Source of the DNA: Marsupella aquatica
Taxonomy: Eukaryota > Plantae > Marchantiophyta
DNA: 64,000 bases
Assembly: GCA_973895155.1 (NCBI GenBank)
Contig: OZ316891.1
Location: 18,811,048 to 18,875,047, forward strand
Direction: 5' to 3'
Shown: in pieces, positions 1 to 14,672 of the stretch
How the letters are laid out: each line of letters starts with the position of its first letter
Position numbering within the stretch: the first letter of the stretch is position 1
The notes under the pieces: model-generated
Databases searched by the model: none
Seen by the model: only the letters and a program-made list of their open reading frames with translations
What the model was told of the DNA's origin: nothing
Program-made: the position numbers and the translations under genes

Positions 1-1519
1 TATGTGAACTGCCACAGTTGTGGAAACCAATTTTTGGCTATCGCAAGGAAAGCCTGAAGGGCCAACAGTTAACTAATCACCTTAACAATTTCCCCGTAAT
101 TTTAGGCACAAATCCACAAATACCAAAATCCCAAACATTACCATTGAAGAGAGTGGGCTGTGGGCTGCTACATTCAGGGTGATGGGTGACCAAGAATGAA
201 GGAAAAGGGATAGTTATATTTCATCGGACAAATGAGACTGTAACCATTGCCTTGTTGGATGGGTCAATGCTGCCGCCCTCCATTTTTGAAAATCCTGAAC
301 TGAGTCATATGACCATTACAGGATATACCATAAATGGGCATCTATAGGGGCGTCTTGCACAGGGTCTTGCACAGGGTCTTGCATGTCAAATGTCCTGAAA
401 ATTTGGCTCTAACCACTCCTACATTGTAAGTATAAAGCGCATCACAAAGCTTCACAGAATAGACTAAGAAAAGAGCTATTTTATTTGTTTTAATAGAAAT
501 TTAAAGGTTGGGACTTTCAATGGCCCTAAACTTTCCTGCCCTTGTCCTTGACTGTGCTCAAAATAATGCTGCTGTTAGGCCTACCTCAGGTGGGAGTTAA
601 GGTATAAATGTTACGTTCACTCATAGAGTGCTATCAGCTAACTGAAGGGCCAATTTTCTGAGGACCTTTTACATTCAAACAGCTTAGCTATAGCCCAGCC
701 TTGAGATGTTTGTAACTTATTAGTAAAGTGCAATTAGAAGCAACTTCCTTGGCTTATTATCTAGAGTGACTACTCTAGACTCTAACTCCAAGTGAGGGCA
801 TAACTGAAAGTGAAGGTGTACACAAAAAGTAAGGGTTGCAGACCAAAACCAGGAATAGGGGCAATGAGGAGCAAAAAATGGCATGGAATTCTTTTTTCTT
901 CAAAGGTTTTTTCACTCCTCATCTCCCAGTCAAAACGTTTCTCACTAGGCTCACTTTCTACAGTAAAGCCTCTACACCATGACTTTAAAGACATAACCCA
1001 AAGTGAGGGTGCACATAGGCAACAGGGATGGGGGCAAGATGAACAAGAAATAATAATAAAGAACTTTTCTTTGCAAGTTTTTGTTGTTGGGGTAATCAGG
1101 ATAGTGCATCAATTTTGAGAGCCCCTAATTTCGACATCCGCCACAGTATAGTACTGAAGATTTGTCGGTAGCAATGCTGTCTCGACGTGAATGTCAGTGT
1201 GGGTCCTAAAGACTGGTGATTGTATTTCCCCCCTCTTCCCTATTGCCATGTCGCTCGGGGAGAGCCGAGCAAACTGCCACATACTTGTCGCGGCTAGAAC
1301 CAGACTACTGTACGTTGCTAGTGAAGCTTTAGTGTTCAGTGACGAGAAAACAGCACAGCCATAGCGTCACCGAAAGAAAGGGAGCAAGAAAAGGCGAACG
1401 CGAGAAATCCGACTCTCGAGAACGGAGAGGAGAAAAAATCGTGCGGAGAGGAGCCCAGACAAGGAAGCAAGAGGCGAGGAGAGGAGAAGGCAGGGTTGTA
1501 TCGAAGGCACCGCCCATCG

Positions 1520-4500
1520 ATGGACAACGGTGAGTCAGCTGCTCCGAGGGAGCCTGACCCGGCATGGTACATTCTGGACAGCGCACAGCAAACTCAGGGC
1601 CCATACATTGCTCCTGAGATTCGAGGTGCGTTCTCTTTCTCTCTCTGCCTGGAAACTCTATTTACTTCTGATTGCATGGCATGGTTAGGTTCTCTGGACG
1701 AAAACCTTGTTCATTCCTTCATCTGCTCTTTCGACCGTCTGCTCCTTCTACTTTACTGTGTGATTACCGCTACTCATGGATATGGAGACTGCCAAGCTTG
1801 TGGGGTGACCAAATTTAAGAATCCCGAGCAACGGAATGCATATCCAGCATATCCCTTACTCCTGACTGCCAAGTATAGCTGTACAGACTCCGAAGTCTCA
1901 TTCCAAAGGCTTTCACCTGCGTTGCGAACTGTCGCTATGTCATTAGGGCATCGCCGTTTACAGTCTGGTGCAGTGACAGCAGAGGAACCGAGTCATTTCC
2001 TTCTCTTTCAACGTTATACCTTCACGAAAAGTGGGAAAATAGAACTGGAAAAAGGCAAAGCAGACGGCACTCTGTTAGGAGAATGCATAAGGGCCTGCAG
2101 GACGAACAGGTGTTACCAGCTATCTTGCGAAACTGGAAAAAACTACGGTAGCGCTATAATTTGCAGGCTGTTTGCCCTACATATAGAGATTCAAGGCTCT
2201 GCTCTTGATCTTATACCCTTCCCCAGACACTGAGACCTTTTTATACGATGTTGCTCTACTCTAAAATTCCATCTGGTTTTCTCAATTCCCCTGTTCTTTG
2301 CAGTTGGTCTTTCCCCTTGCCTACGATACCGCAGACTGAATTGGAGTTTTCTTTCCTCTCTATCCTATTCTTTTCTTGAGCAAGGCTAATCTTTCCGGTG
2401 TCCGTGTTTCTCTGTGGGAATCTATCCACGCCAATGAAATTCTCTTTTAAGTAGAATGGTGGGCCTAGTTTTGTCATATGAACATATATCTCTGAACCCT
2501 AACTCCTCTTGGTCAGGCCCAAATAACATAGATTAGTCCTCTCTTCTTCATAAACGTATGCTAAGAAAGGCAGAGCAATCATGTCAATCTGAAATGCAGT
2601 ACACTGTAAGCTCAAAGTTTAGGGCATTTTTTAATTCAGATTTCTTTGTTTGTGGTGATGTATGTGTTTCTACTCAGAGCACTATGCATCAGGTTATTTG
2701 ACCCTGGAGACACTAGTGTGGAAAGAAGGGCTTGCTGAATGGTGCCCCCTTTCCTCGCTCAGTGATCTGTACACATTACCAGTGCAGCAAGACTCTCGGC
2801 TTCCCTCTGGAGTCCCCGAAGGAAACAACGTGGAAGAGACCGCTCAGGTCAGCTCAAATAGAAGTAGCAGCAGAGTAGCCGCTGCTGAAGGAGTAGGAGC
2901 TCCAGTCAAGGCCCCTGCAGATGAAGATGATGACTATAAAAGGTGGAAAGAAGAGATTCGAATAGCAGAAGAAGAAGCAGAAGCACTGAAAAGGGGAACA
3001 GTTCGGAAGGCTGATGCTGAAGAACCAGAGGGAGAGGGGTCTGATTATGGTGCTGTTTCATTGGATGAACGACCCCAGAGTCCTCCTGAAGGGGAGGGAG
3101 AATTTACAGACGATGATGGTACAGTGTACAAATGGGACAAGAAGATGAGGGCTTGGGTGCCTCAAGTACGTGTCGAAACCCACGTAGTGGTTGCAGTCTG
3201 TAGATCTGTGCAGCAAATGTTTCTCCACTCAAAATTATGTGATGTTGTGCATTGGGTCATTAGGCGAAGTTGGTGATAAAAATAAATTAAGGAAAGAGAA
3301 TAAATTTGTCCGAAGTTCAAGATTACCAATGATTTGCAGGCACGGTTGTCAGCTTCCCATCCTGAAGTGGGGTAGTTCTCCCATAATAAAAATAGGAAGA
3401 TTATGAATGGCGATGGATAGCTGTTAAAGGGCGTCGGTTAATGCATTTCCCCTTCTTAAAATATAAAGGAACGCACCACCTGATTTTTGATGTGAACAAG
3501 GGTTTGTTTTGGGTGGTCGCGAGTCTGTGCTAAAGTCGGCACAAGGGCTAAAGAATATGTCTCCGTAGTTGTGAACTTGTTCGGACGCTTAGATCTTTCC
3601 CCTTTGTAACATATAATGGAACGCACCACAACAAGGGTTTGTTCTGGGTGGTCGCGAGTCTGTGCTAAGGTCGGCACAAAGGGCAAAGAATATTTCTCCA
3701 TAGTTATTCTTTTTTCGGGCGCTAAGATCCACATCTTCCCTTTGCTGTAGAACCAAGCTTTACCTGGAGGATTGACGTATGGAGCTGATGACATGACATT
3801 TGTACAAGAGGAGGAAGTCCTTCCATCCCTGGGGGCAGCTATGGCTGCACAGATGGCTGCCAGTAACGATGAAGAACTACCAGAGCTCAAATCTGAGACG
3901 GCGGATTTGAATCCTAGTATCCAACCATCGGATAAAGCCGATGACAATGTGAAGAAGGTATGCAATCAATGTACGGGTTTTTTTTTGTCCGTAGTCTGAA
4001 CTTTATATTGGCCCTACTCATCACAGTAAAGTGAGGTATTGAAAATTTATGTTATATGATTCTTGACATTCAAGCTGGTCTCGATACTTGGCTGAAAGGG
4101 TCTTTCTGACAAGTGTCTTTACCCTCTTCCTTGCGGATGCTTTTTGGAGGGATGACGTATCACTGTCTCTTGAAGATGTTTCTTGTTTCAGTCTCTCATA
4201 TTTAATGTGTTATGTATCAGCAGGAGCCGCAAAAGGAGCCTGAGTCTTGGTTTGAACTCAAGGTCAACACCCATATTTATGTGACCGGCATACCCGAAGA
4301 CGCAACATTCGAGGAGGTGATTTCTTGTGCCAATGAAAGCGTGTCTTACATGCTAGTTTTCATTCATAGTTATTGAGAGTGAAACTTGGAGTTGCTTTCG
4401 GAGTATTTGTTTGGGTATTTTGTTGAGGATTAGACCTGGGCTGCTTAGGTTTAGGTTTAGTGATCAGAGTATGGTGCTGTGCACTTAGGACAGTTGTTAA

Positions 4501-7500
4501 AGTGAGACACATCTCCAGAAAGGATCAGACCAGATCTCGGTATTGCTTATCGCACGTGGCTGAGAAGTTCAACCCTGTGTGTTCTGGAGACTGATATGGA
4601 ATCTTTATTTGAAATTGCTCGTCATTGTAGTTGTAAATTTGCTAGAGGTAGGGCCTTGTGCGAAGCAGGGCATTGCATCGCAAATTCATAATTTGGAATC
4701 AGGCTAGTCTCTGCAATTGAGTTCATGGAGGAGGAGTTTTTCAAGGATAACCCATTCAGGAGTTAATTAGGGTCAGAATGTTCGGAGAAAGTGCCTTCTC
4801 AAGAGCTGAGGTGGAACACTACAAAGAACAGGCATGTCTAGTGGTATAACAGGAGTGAGGACGTGAAAAGGATGAAGGTAACGCAATTGCTGGAAATAGC
4901 GGTAGGAGTTAATTGTTTGGGGCTAAGATGAAAAGACACTATTGTTGCAGGTCGTGGAAGTATTTTCCAAATGTGGAGTTATTAAGGAGGTAAGGCCACC
5001 ACAATCGCTATGTCAACTTTTGCCTTTGTTGGCCAATAGTCGAGGGAATCCGAGCTCGGTGGGAATTTAAGTTGGAGTCATCAATTGTAAGCAAGTGTGT
5101 ATATTACACGTGTGTGTTGGTAGATAGAAGACACTTATTGATAGTGGATGTCGAGGATTGCGCTTATCGTCATTAACTTGGCAAATATTTATCTTCTGCT
5201 CACAAAGTTGGTTTTTAAATTAAAAGCAACAGAACCGGAGTTAGCTACTTCAGCGGTACCACCAAAAGAGGCTTGATCCATACGACATGTCTTCATTTAG
5301 TACATCTCAAATCGTTATTCTGATATCTCTTGGCCTCATAAATATCTTCTCTGAATTTTTGGACGTCAACTCTGACAACCAAACTTCTTGTGTTGGAAAT
5401 GACTTGCAGGATCCTGATACAAGAAAGCCTCGAGTGAAGTTGTATGTTGACAAAGCAACAGGCATGCAAAAAGGAGATGCATTAATCACTTTTTTGAAGG
5501 TTTCTGCTTCTTTTTTGATTTCAGGTTCATTTCTCTAATTTCTTTGCCAGGCGTAAAGGTAGAGTCCAAGTTACATTTACTCGTGTTTCTACTCTTGTAG
5601 GTTTCACTTAGGAGGTGAGTTCACTGAAGGTTTTCAAGACGTTTAGTTTCTTTCTTGCTGTTTTGTGAATTGTCATTAGTCCGTACAATATCATCTAATG
5701 TTTATAATCTGTTCATTCAATCACCCAATATAGTATGTGCCAGTCAAGTCTGCAATAGTTGAATTTGCATCGAGTGCGGTACGCCACAACCGAAGCCACA
5801 CTGAGTTCCATGCATTTGTATGGATGGTTTTTTTGCCATCAGGAACCTTCTGTGGATTTGGCTATTAAAATTCTGGATGGGACTCCTCTGAGACCAGGAG
5901 GAGTAAGAAATATGAGGGTTACAGTTGCCAAGTTTGAGCAGAAAGGTGAGACCTGGTAACTACCAATTTGGCAGTTTTGCACGTCACTAGTTACGGTTAT
6001 TGTGTAAATGGGGCGGGTAGGTTCATGTGCATTCAGCCTTTGAATGTACACACGCACATGCCGTATGCAAGAGAGATGATGAGTCCTGTATACTATTAAC
6101 GGAAATGAAGGAGAGCGCGCGAAGGGGTCTCTCTCTCATCGCCAGAGGGAAGTCGGCACATGTTCACAGTTTTCTGAGCATAACGTAGTGAATTTTAATC
6201 TTGATTTTCAGGCGATGTCTTTGTGAAGAAGACCGTAAATCCAAAGAAGAAGAAGAAGATCAAGCATCTTGAGCAAAGGGCCCTTGGCTGGGGTATGTAT
6301 TTTGTGATTGGAAAGTTGTCTGTGCTTGTGGATGACGTGATTATGACACTTTGGATCAAGCACAATTGTCTTACAGACTTGCGAGAGGACGTTAGTCGCT
6401 ATCGTAAGTTGCTGTAACGAGTTATGGCGCTTGACAAAGCAGTCAGTAGGCAGTTTCTAGCCTATTTTTCTCAGCCAAGTCAAATTTATTGTTACTGCAG
6501 GTGGTTTTGATGATGCAAAAAAGAAAGAACCCATAACTGTTATCTTGAAACACATGTTCACACGGGAGGAATTGCAGGTAGGTATCGGAAACTCGTTATT
6601 TTATATTATTGACTGTGTTTCCTTATCTTGCTATAAGTTATCTTTGCTTGACCTCATGGTCTAGCTGCGTGTGATAGAAGGTATATGTTATTTAGCTTTT
6701 GTTTTTGATGACGTACTCTGTCGGCAGTATATATTTGCATGCTTTCAGTTGTTTATGATATTTGTGCCTTGGTTACCTCAATGGTTGTATGTTCCAAGCC
6801 AGGTTCTTATTGTGTCAGTACTTCATCTGAATTACTTCCCCTATCGAGCCTTTCTTCTGTCTCCTTGAGTTATCTTTAATATTTTAATTGTTGGGTACTT
6901 TGCAGTCCGATGCTAGCCTTCTGCCAGAACTGGAAGTAGATATAGCAGAGGAGTGCACCAAAGTTGGCCCAATTGAGAGGCTTAGGGTAATATATGCAAA
7001 CTTTACTCCATTGTTCCTTCACTGAGCTATACTGGTGTCTGAAGCATAATGTCGCTCAATACATAGGCATCACAAGGCAACGGGCATGATTGATGAAGGG
7101 AAGTCGACAGAATTCTAATGTGGTTCCTGACTTTTTTCAGTGAATTGAGATCTGACTGGTTGACTAGAAAAGAACAAAGGACATCACAACTAATTTTCAT
7201 AGCTTTTGGTAGAGCCAGACGGACTATTTTTCTCAAGGATTTTCAGGCAGTGGAAGAAGTGCTCGAGTTGATAGCAGCGATGACGCATGTGCATTCTATA
7301 TTGTTATGTCTAGGTTATTATTCGAGAACGAAACAAGATCATATCTAATTGTCTGAGCTGTTCATAAGAAAGATTTGCAAAGAATATACCAATTGGTTTA
7401 TTGGCCTCTGCAGGTCTATGAAAATCACCCTGAGGGTGTGGTTATGGTGAAATTCAAGGACAGGCCTGATGGTCAAAAGTGCATACAGATCATGAATGGG

Positions 7501-7796
7501 CGATGGTAATGTGACTTCCCTTCGAAGATTCTACTTGTGCCCCTCACTTGCATGCTTGTTTTGGACCGGAACACTCTGCTTTCGTGATCCTGTCCACATT
7601 GAATTTTTATGCTAATATCAGATCCACTCAAACCAGAGTTTGTAATCAGTAGTTGGCATGTTTACCTGCCAGGTTTGGTGGAAGACAAATTGAAGCTTTT
7701 GAGGATAATGGGCTCGTCAACTATGCTGCTGTAAGAGATTTAGCAGAAGAAGAAGCCCGGTTAGAAAACTTTGGTGCTGAACTGGAAGCTCCTTAG
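1520..7796 (+). CDS. HTATSF1: HIV Tat-specific factor 1 / UAP2 / ELF9-like splicing factor (GYF_2 + RRM + UHM), 12 exons
   Basis: GT-AG exons join in frame: 1520-1625, 2678-3165, 3751-3957, 4221-4316, 4951-4989, 5410-5499, 5843-5945, 6212-6292, 6501-6577, 6906-6986, 7414-7505, 7673-7796. Motifs: WY..QGPY and [11 protein letters not shown] (GYF_2), [72 protein letters not shown]. Confidence 0.92.
3494..3705. repeat. Imperfect direct duplication (~75-90 bp) inside intron 2 of the HTATSF1-like gene
   Basis: acaagggtttgtt(t/c)tgggtggtcgcgagtctgtgctaa(a/g)gtcggcacaa occurs at ~3496 and ~3631. Confidence 0.8.
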
Positions 7797-9305
7797 GACG
7801 GGTAGCTTCTGAGATCACTTAGTTGTACAGCAATTTTTGGTTCATAAGATCTGGCCTCTCTATTGAAGAAGATGGTCTTTGCACATTCTGAGTGGTTGAT
7901 CCGATGATCGTTACTACTGTTTGTGCATCTTTCATCATGTTGTTAACCTTGAATTCAATTTGAGTTGGCCAGCAGACTAGTGAGCAAATTAGCTAATCAA
8001 GATCTACTCATATGGCCCGACTGGTGTGAGATGTAAGTGAAGGGTTCCAGAGTACTTCGAAGGGTATTGGGTGTGAAGATTTTGATAATAAGACCAATTG
8101 AGCGCGCAAGGCTTCTAAGTGATTTTGAGAATTGTAGCATCGAATCAAAGGTTTGATAAATCCTCGACTCATTTGGATCAAGTTCATTGCTTAATACGGT
8201 CAAACCCACCCTTCTGGGAGTTGAGCGTATGGGCATCAGTGGAGAACTGTGGAGTTAGTTCCACCAGCAGTTTAGGGTAAGAGTTTCACACTGCTGCCGT
8301 TGATGTTTGTGAACTGACAGTACCTTGGCAGTGTTCATCTGGAATGTACTGTGACCCAGAACTACTCTACTGTTTTAGGTCCTTTTATATCCCACAGACG
8401 TCTTGAATGGCGTAGGGAACATGTAATATAATGATGGAATGGGCTGGGTCTGAAAGGGCTCGGCAGCTCATTGCAGCCAATATACACTACCTCACCATCC
8501 TTATCTCTCGGGAGTGAGCTCTGACGAAAGATAATAGCAAAGAACACGGTCCAACCCTCTAGTAGCTGAGGTGTGTAGAGGTACCTGCGCGTATAGGATA
8601 TCTGTCAATATGCACCCCTGGACATCTTTCAAAACGCTAGTCGTGAGATATCCCCCAAAGCTTAGTGGGCAGGTAATGATCAGACTTTAAGAGCGTGAAG
8701 ACACTGAACTGCCTTAGTCACGAAACAACTTGTTAAAGCTTGATCTCTGGGAAAAATATTTCAGAGTGCAAACGTGATAACAGCCGCCATCATGACGAGA
8801 CAACTTGTTAATCAAGTGAAAACTTTGAGCTATGGGGAAAATAAGTCAGAGAGACTACCTTGATAACAGCCAGTAATTCAACAAACTGGAAATCTCAAGA
8901 ATGGCCCTTCCTGGTAGAATTCAACTGGGCTGATTTTAGAACGGCAGAGCAACACTCTTTTAAGGAACAGAAACAGAAGGGTTTCGTGCTAATACTCAAA
9001 CGAACTGAAACATAGTGAGGCGAGGATTTCAACCTAGGTTCTTTGAGCATAAATGAAAAGCTGGAATCTAAAAGAAAAGCTGTTCCCTTGTTCGAAACAC
9101 TAAAACTTCCCCATGCACAACCTCGCTCCATCAAATGCTAAAATGCTTGGCTGAATAATGTACCCTATTTGAAAGGTAAAATAAGTATAGACTACATTCG
9201 TATGCACCGTGCACATGTTATACAAAACTCTGACCACTGCTGACTTGTTTTCTGCTTCCCATTCCACAGTTGTCTTCGTCCCTGTATAGCCTGGTACTGG
9301 CAGCT

Positions 9306-12167
9306 TTAACAGAAGCAGAACTTCCATATCTCTCTTACATTTGACGAACCATCGGCAAAATCTGTAACAAGGCGGCCTTGAAGAACACCTGCCGAGGAAC
9401 AATTTATGAGAAGCCAGAGTTCTTGTTGAGTCTCCTGAGCCTCTAACTTAGTAGGTTTGGCTGGCTGTGATCTATGTGAATTCCCTCGGAGCGGTAGACA
9501 CTCTACAGAAGAGATGTCATCATGCACCAGAAGATTTGAGCAGAATGAATCGCATGCTAGTCAATTGTACGAAAGATTCCTCTACCAACACTGCGCATTA
9601 CCCATGTTGACCCCTTTTTGATATCCTGACGAAATCAAGTTGTTTCCGACAACCTGTACTTTCTTGCTCTAGCCATTCTGGTTCACGCTGAAAGCTTTAA
9701 TTTTCAGAAGGGGCACAAATCAACAAAGTCAAAAAGAAAACTTACTATCCTCTTCGACCACCTTCTTGAATTGGCGTGTTCCACCGCCAACTCCAAAGTA
9801 ATGCTTCTTGCCAGCCACAAACAGAACCCCATCTGGTGTCCTCAGACACTGCACGTAGGACAAATGAACTTAGAAGTCGGCAACAAAGATAGGTCTAGGG
9901 GTGATAGTCGTGAAAGAATCGTGGATTTTCAATCACTTGGTGCAATCAGGGGTTAAAAACTAGGAAAAAGCGAAAAGATGTACATATTGAAGCAATGGTT
10001 GGCATCTGCTGCACTTCACCGGGTTCACACAATGGCCGAAAATGAACAACTCTAGAAAAAGGACACCATTCCTACGTACAACCCACCTTCTTGATGAGCC
10101 TATAAAGCTTTGGCAGTGACTCTAAAGAATAAACCGTCTCGGACATAAGAATAATATCATATCCATTTCGACTGGCGGAATGTCCATGAGCTGCCATTGA
10201 TAACAATGCCTCCATGTTCCCCCAGTCCCCAGCATAATAGTGAACATCAAGAGTCGATTGAGGTTCTCTTGATAAAACACCATTATGTATATTGGTTCTT
10301 TGTTTGGCCTGCAAGATGTTAGCAACAACATTTGGTACTGTAAGGCTTGTCAAGACCTCAGCATTGAAGTCCTGAAAATGCACAGATGTTGCGCCCTGTA
10401 TCACAACCAAGCATTGAAGAAGGAAGTTAACCACAAAAACAAGTAGACAGTTCGAACAAATCAACGTTCCAATCAAAGGGAAGCACAACCTTATGGCACA
10501 GAGGCAGCACAATGTACCTAGCTCAAAGACACACTCAATTACAAATACAGCACTCAGAAACTGCTCGGTTCACCTGATCGTCTCACCTTTAATAATGCAA
10601 AGATGCCCGGGAGTCCATGACCACATCCTAACTGTTAAGACACAAGTTTTTACTACATTAGTACCCAAATTCATTCATGCTTGTAAGCTGCGAGGAAGAG
10701 AAAAATGAGCATCACCAAGTCTTTTAGCCCTCAGGATACCGGTGAGGCTTGAAGGTAAGGACAGGAGTCTCCATATACCTCTAATACTCGCTTGTCTTGA
10801 AAAGATAGCTGGCCATCCTTTATTTCTCGCATCAAGAAATTGACTAAATCAATAGTACACTCCCAGAGCTTCAGTCCTCCTACAAAGCAATCGTTTACAC
10901 ATTAGGTTGTTATGAGAGTTTCTCTCTAACCGAAAATCTGTCCTTGACTCCCAGTTGTCACTGTGAAATAAGGAAACCGTGAGGGTTGGCTTCAGCGCAG
11001 AATATGAGGCTCTAGAGTCCCCCAAGTACCTTCATACTTCCCGGGAAGGAGATCAGTCTTGCCTACACCAATTACTTTGGCGATGCTCACTCTACCCTGA
11101 AGCAAGCACGAACTAAAGTCAAGATATGCGATCCTGGGAGCCTGCCTGGGCAGAGTTCTGTGAATTATTGACACATCTGCAGGGAGGAAGTCCTGCACAG
11201 GCATACACCTACCTTATACTGACTCTTGAGTGCAGGAAGAAGGTGGCAAAAGTCAAGGTCGTACATGGCATTGCAGTTTAACCTAAGGTGAATCGATGCT
11301 GTGTGTTTACTGTTCTTACTCTAAGCAAAGTAAATCCATTTTGGAAAACGACAGGATCCGTTGGGAATGCCGTGACTGTCTCAGCCTGATGCAACCACCA
11401 CGACAAACCCATCAGGCGTCTCGTAATCAGTGTGCACATAAGCGCGACGAGATATAATCCCTTTCCAAAACATGAAAACAGCACAATGACATTGGAGACC
11501 AGACAGTGGATTGATCTTATTGGAGAAAACCAAACCTCGTTGGGGAAGACTTCTATAGGCGGCGGCAGGAGTGTTTCATTTTCATCACCGTCGCCAGCCA
11601 AAGGCTCGTTCTTCTCAAGTTTCTGGATCAAACACTGCGATGTCAACTCAGGCACCGAGGAATGTACCACATCTGGACGCCTCTCGGGGCTTCGTTCCAC
11701 AACTGCAGAATTGAGCTGGGAAGGCTCCAACTGTCAATTCTATTCATTAGTATCTAAGACGAGAGTCTCATTAACTCTTATCCAATTTCAAGAGGAGAAT
11801 AAGTTTCGATCCCTCTGTTTTTTCTGATGTGCATGGAATTGGACAGCTGTGAGAAACAGAGAAGGGAGAAACAAAAGCTATCTCTCCGTGCCGCCCTGCC
11901 CAGATTGAGTGACATCCTCAACCCAAGCCTCCCTGGATTGGGTTGAGTCCTTCTGAGTTGTGAAGTTCAAAGCATTTGTCAAGTATATCAGGCAAAATGT
12001 GAGGGTAATCAGTAAGATGGAAACAAATATCAGGGAGAAAACAAAACCGAAATCCAAGCACACAGAAAAACAGACGGGTGAAACCGCACCTGCTGTGATT
12101 CCTGCGCAGTGGCAGTGGGAGCGGCGAAGTTGAATCGGAAGACAGAAGTGCCTTCGTCCTTCATCAT
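9306..12167 (-). CDS. METTL18: Histidine protein methyltransferase 1 homolog (Hpm1/METTL18 family), 9 exons
   Basis: Approximate exons: 12167-12090, 11730-11536, 11385-11320, 11096-11030, 10880-10779, 10631-10587, 10395-10087, 9848-9746, 9388-9306. Motifs: N-terminal FRFNF, DLLPGKYEGGLKLWEC, KRVLELGCGHGLPG (SAM motif I), HFQDFNAEVL, YDIILMSETVY, KKHYFGVGGG, NVREIW. Confidence 0.9.
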
Positions 12168-13575
12168 TCCTGCTTTCTGCGTCAATTGCGCACCTCTCCG
12201 TCCCGACCTCTTATGAGCTGTTGGGATTTCTGATCAACATAATTTGGCAAGGTTCTGCCTGTGTATTTGCACCAGTTTCCCACATTGACAATGTATCGGA
12301 GAGATGGGCACGCGTTTGGGCCTGGGACCATCCTTATCTACCATATTAGGTGAGTTCTAGTCTCTCCTGTGGTGAGTTTGTGTGTGTGTGTAGCAACTAA
12401 ATCCAAATCCAAACGCTACAAATGCACACAAGTGAATCAATTTCTCGCCTTCCCATCAAGCTCACCTGGTTCCTCCTTCTGCCATTCATGTGTTCTTACT
12501 GGGCTTGAAACTAGGCATGAAACAGGCAAAATACATGGAGAAGGGCAGACCAGTCATAAGCTTGGATCGGAGGCCTATTTAAATCCTTATTCTTTCTAAG
12601 CTTGTATGGGTTCTATATTAAAAGTAGCCCAATACTTGGGCACATGACATGTTGTCTAGAGTAAATGATGTTGAGTGGAAGTGTTGCCCAAGACAAATGA
12701 GCTGATGAGGGAGCTCAAGCACAAGGGAGATGGTCAGGGATTCGGCGAGTGAGCCTGGCAACTGAATTTCAAGAAGTGCGCGAGCTGGAGGGAGAGTGAT
12801 GGGTTGAGCATGGAACACCTTTAGGTGCATTGCATTGTTAGGAGAAAATGTCACCATAATTGAGTGGCCAGGGAAAATTCACCCCAGACATTGACATCTT
12901 GTGATCAAACCATGAGAAAGAAAGAGTGAGATTACTTGTTAGAGTGATTAGGTAGATTAGATAGATAAGCTTGGATTAGATGTCTTATTCCAAACCTTTT
13001 CTTTCTAAGCTTGTATTGGATAGATATTAACATGCATAATGTTTCTCCTTATGCCTCTTCTCACGCCTTGATGGCCCAACTATAACCCGCGTGATAAATC
13101 TAAGTCAAGTTAATGCGGTCCAACACCAAAACATAAACCAATACAATATATTTATGATTTACAAACTAAGTGATTTGAACGACATGTGTCTTGCTTTATG
13201 TTCTGGTTGTACGGTTGACAGATTTAACGCGCAGTCCAACACTACTCAAACCAAGTGGATTGCCACAGACTGCTAGCTTGTGGCAGTCCTGCACTCCACA
13301 AGCTAGCAGGACATAACCTACTCAAACCAAGTGGATTGTCACTCTTTCTATTTGTTATTTTTTCTGCCATTGTTTTAATCTATGTCAAACCCAATGTACT
13401 GTCTGACAAACCCATCTTCAGCTCTCATTCAGTATCAACTCACTTACCTTAATGCATGAAAGACCAGGTTGGCACACAACAGTCCATTGCTGCAACCCTA
13501 GCTTCACCATCTCACTCTCTCTAGTGCCCTTTAAATGTGGCCAATCACGTTCGAGATGCCTTAACAACGTTGGAA

Positions 13576-13765
13576 TGTCACTACAGCTGAGCGTCTTAAA
13601 CTGTTTGGTTTTGGGTCCAGTCACTGTCACATAGGTTGTATTGGAATTAAAGTGGCAGACTTGCAAATAGATCTGAGTGTCACTACAGTTGAGCGTCTTA
13701 AACCTTTTGGTTTTGGGTCCAGTCACAATCACACAGGTTGTACTGGAACTAAAGTGGCAAACTTT
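13576..13765. repeat. ~102-bp tandem duplication in the intergenic region
   Basis: tgtcactacag(c/t)tgagcgtcttaaac...ttttgggtccagtcac...aaagtggca occurs twice (~13576 and ~13678). Confidence 0.8.
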
Positions 13766-14672
13766 TTTTTTTGCCTCAAAAGAACCAATTGAATTACATT
13801 CAAAAAGCCAACATACAACAGGGGTGGCCCACAAAGGGGGTTGGCACCCAGGTAGACCCAAAGGTCATTCAGCCACAAAAGCCGGGGGGGGGCCGGCACC
13901 AGGGAAGAAGCATACCCAGAATGGGAGCTAAACTAGAAATTCAACAACTGCAGAAGGAGCGATAAAACTCCCAAAGACAGGCCACTGAACACGAAACTGG
14001 CAGGGTACCCATCAATGGATCCATGATAGAGTCGCTAAAAATTATCGGCCTAACCTGCAGCATAGCTCCTCAACCTGAACACAGAGGGGATTCATGGTGG
14101 TGGTGGGGGGTGGAACTGGTGGCACTTGGAGTAAGAGACTTCAAGTGGCAAACTTGCAAATAGGTGCTTTACTACTTTCAACCAAAGTCAAAAACTCATA
14201 CTTTCCTGCAGGGAATTCCTTGCAGCCCTTCAGAGTTGAAATTCCCTAATAGGGTCACTAAGAGGAATTTCACTACAGTACCAATTTATTCATTAGTGAA
14301 TTTATTGAGCGGAGTTCCCGAGTGGACGGCGATCAGAGCTTCTCAACCCATTTGACCGTCCACCGATATTGTACTGTAGTATTTATTCTGGTAAAACGGT
14401 GGGTTCATTACACGCTAGACAAGGTTTTATGGAATGGAAGCAGAGGACACCACACGGTCTGCACGATTAGGCACGACTGTAATTAAAACGCGAGCGAATG
14501 CTGGATGGACTGTGAAGAGTCTCCAAACAATGAAAGGAAGTGAGCTCTGTAGATGAAATACCAATAATTTTGTTTTTCGTGCTAGTTTCATCCGAACTGA
14601 TTTGCATGCACATGAGGGTTAGGTTCTTGGCATTCTTTCTCCTTTCTTCGAGTAGATCGGGTGGGATAAATC

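Noticed and set aside
1496-2233. 245-aa standalone ORF
   Set aside because: Only 1520-1625 is exon; the rest is read-through into intron 1 with no recognisable motif.
12555-14200. Possible gene or TE relic between the divergent genes (65-bp direct repeats at ~12557 and ~12966, ORF 13418-13861)
   Set aside because: No termini, TSD or recognisable domain; the ORF is partly produced by a tandem duplication.
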